Assembly: GCA_018669975.1 (NCBI GenBank)
Contig: JABHSK010000007.1
Span: 64,390 to 128,389 of the forward strand
Source: Candidatus Parcubacteria bacterium
Lineage (GTDB): Bacteria > Patescibacteriota > Patescibacteriia > UBA1558 > GWA2-36-10
Reading direction: 5' to 3'
Length of the DNA stretch: 64,000 nt
The translations under genes and the position numbers were made by a program. Shown here piece by piece: positions 56,786-64,000 of this stretch; within the stretch, counting starts at the first letter, position 1; each line of letters starts with the position of its first letter. The notes beneath the pieces are model-generated. The model worked only from the letters and a program-made list of their open reading frames with translations, had not been told where the DNA came from and searched no databases.

Positions 56786-57724
56786 ATGAATTTATTAGTG
56801 ACAGGAGGAGCTGGTTTTATTGGCTCCAACTTTATTCATTACATTTTAAATAAATATCCTGACTATCAGGTTGTTAATTTAGATATTTTGACTTACGCTG
56901 GTGATTTAGAGAATTTGAAAGAAATTTCAAATCATTCAAGCTATACTTTTGTTAAAGGTGATATCAATGATTATCAATTAGTAACAAAGATAGTTAAAGA
57001 GCATCAAATTGATGTAATAGTGCATTTAGCTGCTGAAAGTCATGTGGATAGGTCTATTATTGGGCCAGATGTTTTTTTGCAGACTAATATTCTTGGTACT
57101 GCTAATTTACTTAAGGTGGCTTTGGAAAATAACAAGCTGAGGTTTCATCACGTATCTACTGACGAAGTGTTCGGTAGTCTTGGTCAGACAGGAAAGTTTG
57201 ATGAGGGCACTGCCTATGATCCACGTAGTCCCTATTCAGCATCTAAGGCGGCTTCTGATCATTTAGTGAGAACTTATTATCATACTTATGATTTGCCAAT
57301 CACTATCAGTAATTGTTCAAATAATTATGGTCCACGTCAGCACTCAGAAAAGTTGATTCCTTTATTTATAAATAATTTATTGCAAGATAAAAAAGTGCCC
57401 TTATATGGCAAAGGGGATAATGTTAGAGATTGGTTATATGTAGATGATCATTGTAGTGCTTTGGATTTAATTATCCATCAGGGTAAAATTGGTGATACTT
57501 ATTGTATTGGCGGTGATAGTGAGCAAACTAATCAGCAGATAGCAGATGTATTGTTGCAAAAATTAGGCAAGGGAAAAGATTTAATTGAATATGTGACAGA
57601 TAGGCCTGGGCATGATTTTAGATACGCTATAGATTTTTCTAAGATAGAAAAAGAATTAGGTTGGCAGCCAAGCGTGAGCTTTGAAGAGGGTATAGATAAG
57701 ACTATTGAATGGTATAAAAAATGA
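56786..57724 (+). CDS. rfbB: dTDP-glucose 4,6-dehydratase
   Basis: MNLLVTGGAGFIGSNF, catalytic YSASKAASDHLV (YxxxK), TDEV. Confidence 0.85.
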   Translation: MNLLVTGGAGFIGSNFIHYILNKYPDYQVVNLDILTYAGDLENLKEISNHSSYTFVKGDINDYQLVTKIVKEHQIDVIVHLAAESHVDRSIIGPDVFLQTNILGTANLLKVALENNKLRFHHVSTDEVFGSLGQTGKFDEGTAYDPRSPYSASKAASDHLVRTYYHTYDLPITISNCSNNYGPRQHSEKLIPLFINNLLQDKKVPLYGKGDNVRDWLYVDDHCSALDLIIHQGKIGDTYCIGGDSEQTNQQIADVLLQKLGKGKDLIEYVTDRPGHDFRYAIDFSKIEKELGWQPSVSFEEGIDKTIEWYKK

Positions 57725-58554
57725 AAATATTAATTTTAGGTAAAGGATATATTGGTCGGCGTTGTGCTGATACTTGGAACGATGCAGTTATTTCTGATAA
57801 GTTCATTAAAAGTACGGAAGATGTTTTGCAGTTATTAGATAAACACAGTCCAGACGTCGTGCTTAATGCTGCTGGCGTTGTTGGTAAACCAAACGTTGAT
57901 TGGTGTGAGACTCACCAGCTAGAAACCATAGAAGGCAATACTGTTTTACCACTCTTGATTGCCAAGGCTTGCCAAGCTAGAAATGTGTACTTGTTGCATA
58001 TTGGCACTGGTTGTATTTTTTACGGTGAAGCTCCAGATGGTGAAGCTTGGACAGAGGATGATTATGCTAATCCAGTGGCAGTTTATACTCGTTGTAAGTA
58101 TGCGGCTGATTTAGCATTAGCTACCATGGATAATGTTGGAATTGGTAGAATTCGTATGCCCATAGATCACATTCCTCATAAAGCCAATTTAATAGATAAG
58201 GTAGCTTCTTTTAAACGAGTGATAGATGTGGATAACAGCGTTACTATTATAGAAGATATGATGCAGGTTTTTCATCAATTATTAGAAAAAAGGGCTAGTG
58301 GTGTTTTTCATGTTACTAATCCTGGATCCATTAAACATAAAGAAATTCTATCATTGTATGAGAAATATGTTGATTCCCAACACAATAATGAGTGGATTAC
58401 AGAGGAGCAATTAGTTAGTCAGGGATTGGCAGATAAAAAAAGATCAAATAACATTATGGTGTCTCATAATTTAGCTAAAGTAGGTATTAGCATGAGACCA
58501 ATTATGGAGGCTATGGAAGATACCATGAAAAAATACGCTAAATATAAAAAATGA
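57721..58554 (+). CDS. dTDP-4-keto-6-deoxyhexose reductase-like SDR (RfbD-like)
   Basis: MKILILGKGYIGRR Rossmann start; YTRCKYAADL (YxxxK); position between rfbB and rfbA; 4-nt overlaps. Confidence 0.5.
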   Translation: MKILILGKGYIGRRCADTWNDAVISDKFIKSTEDVLQLLDKHSPDVVLNAAGVVGKPNVDWCETHQLETIEGNTVLPLLIAKACQARNVYLLHIGTGCIFYGEAPDGEAWTEDDYANPVAVYTRCKYAADLALATMDNVGIGRIRMPIDHIPHKANLIDKVASFKRVIDVDNSVTIIEDMMQVFHQLLEKRASGVFHVTNPGSIKHKEILSLYEKYVDSQHNNEWITEEQLVSQGLADKKRSNNIMVSHNLAKVGISMRPIMEAMEDTMKKYAKYKK

Positions 58555-58555
58555 T

Positions 58556-59275
58556 ATGAAAGGAATTATATTAGCTGGTGGAGCTGGCAGTAGATTACAT
58601 CCTCTAACTAGAGTAACAAGTAAACAATTGTTGCCAGTTTATGATAAACCGATGATTTTCTACCCCATGCAAACTTTAATTGATGGGGGCATAGAAGATA
58701 TTTTAATTATTTCAGATCCACATAATATTGGTAATTTTGTTAAATTATTTGGTTCTGGTCGTGATTTCGGAGTTAAAATAACCTATGAGGTGCAGGATAG
58801 ACCAGAGGGCTTGGCGCAGGCATTTATACTAGGTAAAAATTTTATTGGTGATGATAATGTCACTATGATTTTAGGAGATAACCTTTTTGTTGGCGATGAT
58901 GATTTTCTTAAGGCGGCTATCAAGAATTTTGAAAAAGGCGGCAGAGTCTTTGCTAAAGAGGTTAAAGATCCGCATAGATTTGGTGTGGTAGAGTTCGATG
59001 CTCAGCAAAATGTACTTAGTATCGAAGAGAAGCCTGATAAACCAAAAAGTAATTTTGCAGTGACAGGATTATATATTTATGATAACAGTGTCATTAATAA
59101 AGCTGAAAACTTAAAACCATCTGCTAGAGGAGAGCTAGAGATTACAGATCTTAATAATTTGTATCTTAAAGAAGGAAATTTAGATGTAAAAATTTATGAT
59201 CATTATTGGTTAGATACCGGAACCTTTGATTCGTTACTGGAAGCTGGCAATAAGATCGCGGCATTAAAAAAATAA
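58556..59275 (+). CDS. rfbA: glucose-1-phosphate thymidylyltransferase
   Basis: MKGIILAGGAGSRLHPLT; GLAQAF; sugar-nucleotidyltransferase fold. Confidence 0.8.
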   Translation: MKGIILAGGAGSRLHPLTRVTSKQLLPVYDKPMIFYPMQTLIDGGIEDILIISDPHNIGNFVKLFGSGRDFGVKITYEVQDRPEGLAQAFILGKNFIGDDNVTMILGDNLFVGDDDFLKAAIKNFEKGGRVFAKEVKDPHRFGVVEFDAQQNVLSIEEKPDKPKSNFAVTGLYIYDNSVINKAENLKPSARGELEITDLNNLYLKEGNLDVKIYDHYWLDTGTFDSLLEAGNKIAALKK

Positions 59276-59276
59276 T

Positions 59277-59501
59277 ATGGAAGATAAAATAAATAAAATA
59301 TTAGATAAGGTGCGGCCGGCATTAGAGCGTGACGGTGGTGACTTGGAACTAGTAGAGTACGACAAAAAAAATAAAGTCGTAAAAGTTAGATTACAAGGCG
59401 CATGCGCGCATTGTCCGTTGGCCGATGTTACTCTCAAAAATATTATTGAGCAGGAGATTAGGGTGGCTATTCCAGAAATAAAAGAAGTAATAGCAGTTTA
59501 A
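59277..59501 (+). CDS. NifU-like (Nfu) Fe-S cluster carrier domain protein
   Basis: VRPALERDGGDLELVEYD...GACAHCP (CxxC) typical Nfu/NifU C-terminal domain. Confidence 0.75.
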   Translation: MEDKINKILDKVRPALERDGGDLELVEYDKKNKVVKVRLQGACAHCPLADVTLKNIIEQEIRVAIPEIKEVIAV

Positions 59502-59510
59502 TATAAACAT

Positions 59511-59732
59511 ATGAAAAAATTAATTAAGACCCAATTTTTTGTTTTACTTTTGGGTACAGTTTTTGCTTGGGGAAATTTTGGAGTTGAGCTTAACAATTGG
59601 TTAAATGATAAGGCTTGTACTACTGGCTGTGCGGTGGGCGCCAATCCATTTGTTACTCCATGTTTTTTTGGAGCTTTATTTTTTACGCTAGCTTTTGTAC
59701 TGAGTATTAAGATGCTTAAAAAGAGTAAATAA
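59511..59732 (+). CDS. small 2-TM membrane protein
   Basis: ORF with two hydrophobic helices and Cys cluster. Confidence 0.35.
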   Translation: MKKLIKTQFFVLLLGTVFAWGNFGVELNNWLNDKACTTGCAVGANPFVTPCFFGALFFTLAFVLSIKMLKKSK

Positions 59733-59736
59733 AAAA

Positions 59737-59757
59737 CCCGCTGTTTTGGCCAGCGGG
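59737..59757. terminator. bidirectional hairpin (CCCGCTG-ttttggc-CAGCGGG) flanked by A7 / (minus) T7
   Basis: 7-bp inverted repeat; T-run on minus strand side. Confidence 0.5.
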
Positions 59758-59776
59758 CGCGCCATTGTTGTTAGTC

Positions 59777-60133
59777 CTATGGTTTTTCTTCCTCTTCCGA
59801 GGGGAGGAAGGTCTGTTGATGGTCGATTGCTATGGGCGCTATGCGTTCACGCTGGAGATGCTGGAGATGCACCTGGGCATCAGTTTGATTGGCACAGATG
59901 CCGTGGTGGGCATCGGTCAGCATGTTGGCATAGACGGTCTGGCGATGACCATGCGGATTATTGACGAATATCTTGAGTCCACTAGGACCACCATCATCCA
60001 GAAATGAAATAATCTGGAAAGGTCCGAGAACATCGGTGGGACCTTCGGGGTCCTGCCAGAGGATGGTCCAAAAAGTGGAGCCTTCCGGGAATGTAACTTG
60101 AAGTTCCTGGGGATCGGTGATTACTTTCACCAT
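59777..60133 (-). CDS. hypothetical protein encoded in a GC-rich (~52% GC) islet
   Basis: ATG preceded by strong SD GGAGG (7 nt); composition far above window average; no family recognised. Confidence 0.5.
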   Translation of the reverse strand: MVKVITDPQELQVTFPEGSTFWTILWQDPEGPTDVLGPFQIISFLDDGGPSGLKIFVNNPHGHRQTVYANMLTDAHHGICANQTDAQVHLQHLQRERIAPIAIDHQQTFLPSEEEEKP

Positions 60134-60302
60134 GATTGCGCCTCCTGCTAGAGTTTCGGACTTTTAACGATTTTATGGGCTTAAAAAGAGCTTTAGTATA
60201 ATTAGAAATACTTATTATAATATCATATTTTGGTGTTTTTGTCAACACCAATAAAAGTTGACTTTATAACCAGAAATTGCTGTAATTTAGCAGTAGTTTT
60301 TT

Positions 60303-60704
60303 TTGTTTAAATATGGTAAAATTGCTGTACACATAAATATGGAATTATTAAGAAAAGCAAAGGTTTTTTATAGAGACCGGCTAGTTTTTTGGCTATTGAA
60401 TTTCTCAATTCTCTTTATTCTAGGTACTTGGGCACTTTTTTTAATTAAAAAAATAGAGCAGGGACCACTAACAGTACTGCACTATAATATTTATGTTGGT
60501 ATTGATATGTTTGGCCATTCTAAATGGCTGTATATAGTTCCGGGCATTGTTTTAGCTTTTACCTTACTCAACATTTATCTAGCCGTCCTACTTTGGACGA
60601 AGCAGAGGATAATGAGCTATTTCTTATTAGTATCGTCTTTATTAGTGAATAGTATAATATTTATTTATATTTTTAATATCCTTAATCGTAATTTAAATGC
60701 CTGA
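60303..60704 (+). CDS. small polytopic membrane protein
   Basis: 3-4 hydrophobic helices; overlaps mraY start by 8 nt. Confidence 0.4.
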   Translation: MFKYGKIAVHINMELLRKAKVFYRDRLVFWLLNFSILFILGTWALFLIKKIEQGPLTVLHYNIYVGIDMFGHSKWLYIVPGIVLAFTLLNIYLAVLLWTKQRIMSYFLLVSSLLVNSIIFIYIFNILNRNLNA

Positions 60705-61749
60705 TACAGAGATAATTAAAATTCTTGCTTTAACTAGTATTAGTTTTTTTCTAGCCATTATTATGACACCGGCTTGGACTCATTTTTTGTATAAATACAA
60801 ACTGGTAAAAAATATTCGCAGTGACGGACAGACACCACTTTTTTCTAAAATGCACAAAACTAAAGCTGGAACACCTACCATGGGTGGAGTATTGATTTGG
60901 ATGACGGTTTTAGTGTTAGCAATTGTCTTCTTTTGGTTTAGTAAGTTATGGCCAAATACTCTGATAGGTTCATTCAATTTTCTCAGTCGAGGTGAAACTT
61001 ATTTACCATTGGGCGCTTTGGTGGCTTCAGCCTTAGTTGGTTTGCTCGATGATTGGTTTAATGTCACTAGACAGGGTGGCGGCAAAGGCGGTGGATTAAC
61101 AGTTAAGCATAGACTGTTGATTTATGCTTTAATTGCTATCTTTGGAGCCTGGTGGTTTTATTTTAAATTAGATTGGGAAACAGTACGCGTACCTTTTATA
61201 GGTACATTTGAACTTGGTTGGTGGTTTATTCCATTTTTTATATTTATTATTGTTGGCACAGCTTTTTCTGTAAACGAAGCAGATGGTTTAGATGGTTTGG
61301 CAGCCGGTATAGTTTTAGCCGCCTTTGCCGCCTATGGTACGATTGCTTTTGTCCAAGGACAATATAATTTGGCTACTTTTTGTGGAGTTATTGCTGGTGC
61401 CTTGCTTTCCTTTCTCTGGTTTAATATTAATCCAGCGCGATTTTTTATGGGGGATACGGGTGCAATGTCTCTTGGTGTTGCCTTGGGTATAGTGGCAATG
61501 CTGACGGGATACCCTTTGTTGTTGCCAATTATTGGCTTTTTGTTGATGTTAGAAACTTTGTCAGTAATTATTCAACTCGCATCAAAAAAGATTCGCAAGA
61601 AAAAAGTATTTTTGTCAGCACCAATACATCATCATTTTGAGGCCAAGGGTTGGCCAGAGACTAAGGTTGTTATGAGGTTTTGGATTATTGCTGGAGTGTT
61701 GGCAGTATTAGGTTTGATCATAGCAGTGATTGATTTGCGTTTATGGTAG
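60697..61749 (+). CDS. mraY: phospho-N-acetylmuramoyl-pentapeptide transferase
   Basis: GTPTMGGVLIW, DDWFNV, NEADGLDGLAAG, FFMGDTGAMSLG signature motifs. Confidence 0.95.
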   Translation: MPDTEIIKILALTSISFFLAIIMTPAWTHFLYKYKLVKNIRSDGQTPLFSKMHKTKAGTPTMGGVLIWMTVLVLAIVFFWFSKLWPNTLIGSFNFLSRGETYLPLGALVASALVGLLDDWFNVTRQGGGKGGGLTVKHRLLIYALIAIFGAWWFYFKLDWETVRVPFIGTFELGWWFIPFFIFIIVGTAFSVNEADGLDGLAAGIVLAAFAAYGTIAFVQGQYNLATFCGVIAGALLSFLWFNINPARFFMGDTGAMSLGVALGIVAMLTGYPLLLPIIGFLLMLETLSVIIQLASKKIRKKKVFLSAPIHHHFEAKGWPETKVVMRFWIIAGVLAVLGLIIAVIDLRLW

Positions 61750-63149
61750 GGAGCTTTAAAGACAAAAGAGTTTTGATTATGGGACTGGGACTGCACGGAG
61801 GTGCAGTGGCAGTGGTCAAATGGCTGCTTAAAAATAAGAGTAAATTGACTATTACGGATGTTAAAACTAAGCAAGAACTCAAAAATAGTTTAGACAAAAT
61901 TAAAACTAAACAGAAAATAAAATATACTCTAGGCGGACATGATATAAAAGATTTTGTAGATCAGGATTTGATTGTGCAAAATCCAGGTGTTCCAGCTGAT
62001 TCTAAATATTTAATTAAAGCTAGGCAAAACAAAATCCCGATTGTTAATGAAGCGGTGATGTTTTTTGGCTTGTATCCTGGTAAATCTATTGGCATTACTG
62101 GTACTAGAGGAAAGTCTACTACAGCCACTATTTTACATCATATTTTAAAGACAAAAATTAAGAGCAATGTAGTAGCTGGAAATATTGCCACCAACCCAAT
62201 GTTTACTGTTTTGGATAAAATAAAAAAGAACACTTGGCCGGTGTTAGAGTTGTCTAGTTGGCATCTAGAAAATATGGCAGAGTATAAGAAATCACCGCAT
62301 ATCGCCGTAGTTACAAATGTTTTAGTTGACCATCTTAATCGTTATAAAAATTTTGCAGCTTATAAAAAAGCCAAGTTGGCCATAGTAAAAAATCAAAACA
62401 AGGATGACATCGCAGTTTTGAATGCTGATAATGTGCATAGTTATGGTTTTGCTAAGCAGACCAAAGCCAAGAAGTTTTTCTTTTCTTTACACAAAAAGGT
62501 TCGTGGAGCGTATCTATGTAAGGATTGGATTTGTTTTTATGATGGCCAGAAAAAATCACGTATCATGCCGATTCAAGAGATTAAGCTTTTGGGTGAACAT
62601 AATTTAGCTAATATTTTAGCAGCCGTGACGGTAGCCAAGATTATTGGTGTGGGTAATAAAAATATTCGTCTAGCTGTTAGTAAATTCAAAGGGGTTGATT
62701 ATCGATTACAATATAAGGGACGAGTCAAGGGTATTGATATTTTTAATGACTCTACCTCTACTACACCTGATGCTACTCAAGCAGCATTGAGAGCCATGCA
62801 ATGTCGCCAGGTTGTTTTAATTGCTGGAGGTGAGGATAAACAACTTGATTATCGAGGACTAGCTAAAACTATTAAAGAGATTGCTAATTTTGTAATATTG
62901 TTATCTGGTACTGGCAGTGAAAAATTAATTAAGGAATTGACCAAGATAGATTATCCAGCGTATAAGTTAGTGACAGATATAAATAAATTAAAAAATGCTT
63001 GGCGCTTGTCACTTAAGCATGTTAATAAGCAAGCGGGCTGTATATTGTTTTCGCCAGCTGCAGCCAGTTTCAACATGTTTGATAATGAGTTCGATAGAGC
63101 TAAGCAATTTGATAAATTATTCGATGGTGAGAAGAAGACGAAAAAATAA
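61743..63149 (+). CDS. murD: UDP-N-acetylmuramoylalanine--D-glutamate ligase
   Basis: N-terminal Rossmann VLIMGLGLHGGAVAV; Mur ligase P-loop GITGTRGKSTTATIL; position after mraY. Confidence 0.8.
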   Translation: MVGSFKDKRVLIMGLGLHGGAVAVVKWLLKNKSKLTITDVKTKQELKNSLDKIKTKQKIKYTLGGHDIKDFVDQDLIVQNPGVPADSKYLIKARQNKIPIVNEAVMFFGLYPGKSIGITGTRGKSTTATILHHILKTKIKSNVVAGNIATNPMFTVLDKIKKNTWPVLELSSWHLENMAEYKKSPHIAVVTNVLVDHLNRYKNFAAYKKAKLAIVKNQNKDDIAVLNADNVHSYGFAKQTKAKKFFFSLHKKVRGAYLCKDWICFYDGQKKSRIMPIQEIKLLGEHNLANILAAVTVAKIIGVGNKNIRLAVSKFKGVDYRLQYKGRVKGIDIFNDSTSTTPDATQAALRAMQCRQVVLIAGGEDKQLDYRGLAKTIKEIANFVILLSGTGSEKLIKELTKIDYPAYKLVTDINKLKNAWRLSLKHVNKQAGCILFSPAAASFNMFDNEFDRAKQFDKLFDGEKKTKK

Positions 63150-64000
63150 TTTACTAAGCTGGTTGATTAAACCTTTTGTAGAAAAAGGTGGATCGGTTCA
63201 TCAGCCAGATATTGTTTTATTGATAGTAATTGGTTTACTATTATTTTTTGGACTATTCTTTTTATCATCCGCCTCTTCTAGTATAGCCTTTTTTCGTCAC
63301 GGTGATACTTATCGTTTTGTTAAACAACAAATAACCCATGGTTTATTGCCGGGAACTCTTTTGTTTTACGCAGCCTTACGAGTAGACTATAAATTTTATC
63401 GTAAGATTAGCTTAGTATTTTTGGCGCTATCTTTTTTATTTTTAGGCTTAGTGTTTATTCCTAGTTTAACAGGTGGTTTTGGTACAGCTCAGTCATGGGT
63501 GTCTCTCGGTAGTTTTTCATTTCAACCTAGTGAATTTGTAAAGTTATTTTTTATATTATTTTTAGCTGGATGGTTTGATCGTAAAGGTAAGGATATTAGA
63601 AGTCTAACAGCCTCCACTATTCCTTTTATAATTATTTTATTGTTGATTAGTGCCTTGTTAATTAAGCAGCCCGATATAGGTACTTTGAGTATTATTATTT
63701 TTACAGCGTTAATTATTTATTTTGCTGCAGGTGCTAGATGGACTCATTTTATATCTATTCTGGTTGCAGGTGCAATAGCTTTTGGGGCCATGATTAAAGC
63801 TGCTCCTTATCGCATGCATCGTTTTGTGGCTTGGATCAATCCAGAGGCTGATCCACAAGGGATCGGTTGGCAGATAAAACAATCTTTGATAGCGATTGGA
63901 TCAGGTGGATGGTTTGGTATGGGATTAGGAGCCTCTAGGCAAAAATCATATTTACCGATGCCAGCTAATGATTCTATTTTTGCAGTTATTGCTGAAGAAA
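63124..64000 (+). CDS. ftsW: SEDS-family peptidoglycan glycosyltransferase FtsW (partial, runs off window end)
   Basis: Manual translation from ATG 63124 (overlaps murD end): ...SLTGGFGTAQSWVSLGSFSFQPSEFVKLFFILFLAGW... conserved FtsW/RodA loop motif. Confidence 0.8.
   Translation, partial: MVRRRRKNNLLSWLIKPFVEKGGSVHQPDIVLLIVIGLLLFFGLFFLSSASSSIAFFRHGDTYRFVKQQITHGLLPGTLLFYAALRVDYKFYRKISLVFLALSFLFLGLVFIPSLTGGFGTAQSWVSLGSFSFQPSEFVKLFFILFLAGWFDRKGKDIRSLTASTIPFIIILLLISALLIKQPDIGTLSIIIFTALIIYFAAGARWTHFISILVAGAIAFGAMIKAAPYRMHRFVAWINPEADPQGIGWQIKQSLIAIGSGGWFGMGLGASRQKSYLPMPANDSIFAVIAEE

Overview
This window is AT-rich (about one-third GC), almost entirely co-directional on the + strand and densely packed, with weak or absent Shine-Dalgarno sequences. 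Together with a short (336 aa) MetK, a type IV pilin and a minimal glycolytic block, this suggests a Patescibacteria/CPR-like or similarly reduced genome; that is inference, not proof.

Ordered content:
1. Two paralogous membrane-only proteins resembling the histidine-kinase 7TM sensor domain (74-1083).
2. A putative operon (3.5-11.3 kb) of acyl-CoA ligase, alpha-oxoamine synthase (AOS), acetoacetate-decarboxylase-like protein, a 943-aa 7TM/GAF sensor histidine kinase with no response regulator, and a NUDIX hydrolase. It ends with a truncated RelA/SpoT-like fragment and an intrinsic terminator.
3. pgk-eno plus two tandem, divergent gpmI paralogs (11.8-17.4 kb).
4. Envelope genes: PAP2-like, uppP, a mannose-1-P guanylyltransferase and mltG.
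5. rplJ-rplL preceded by a consensus promoter and a structured L10-leader-like RNA.
6. A membrane protein with a degenerate PP2C-like domain and a beta-propeller-like C-terminus (minus strand).
7. A type IV pilin.
8. The 5' part of the dcw cell-division cluster (mraZ-rsmH-ftsL-ftsI-murF) behind a promoter carrying MraZ-box-like GTGG repeats. The cluster stops at a tRNA-Glu(CUC) and resumes with mraY-murD-ftsW about 29.5 kb later.

The intervening 29.5-kb accessory segment holds:
- three high-GC islets (GNAT, a 58-aa basic mini-protein and an unknown minus-strand ORF downstream of the tRNA; a 57-aa ORF behind a perfect TTGACA-17-TATAAT promoter; a minus-strand ORF at about 52% GC);
- an L,D-transpeptidase with Ca-binding repeats;
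- a SAM-I riboswitch in front of metK, and hup;
- two GT-C-like polytopic membrane proteins;
- a GT28/MGDG-synthase-like glycosyltransferase translationally coupled to a standalone OLD-family ATPase-Toprim nuclease (candidate defence gene);
- a GH clan-A hydrolase and an atypical kinase-like protein;
- an S8 subtilase with tandem FG-GAP-like repeats encoded by 3 near-identical 153-bp DNA repeats;
- a surface-glycan cluster: GT2 x3, a UDP-xylose-synthase-like decarboxylase, GT4 x2, GT-C, HIT, rfbB, rfbD-like and rfbA, with no rfbC seen.

No CRISPR array, rRNA or recognizable transposase/integrase was seen.
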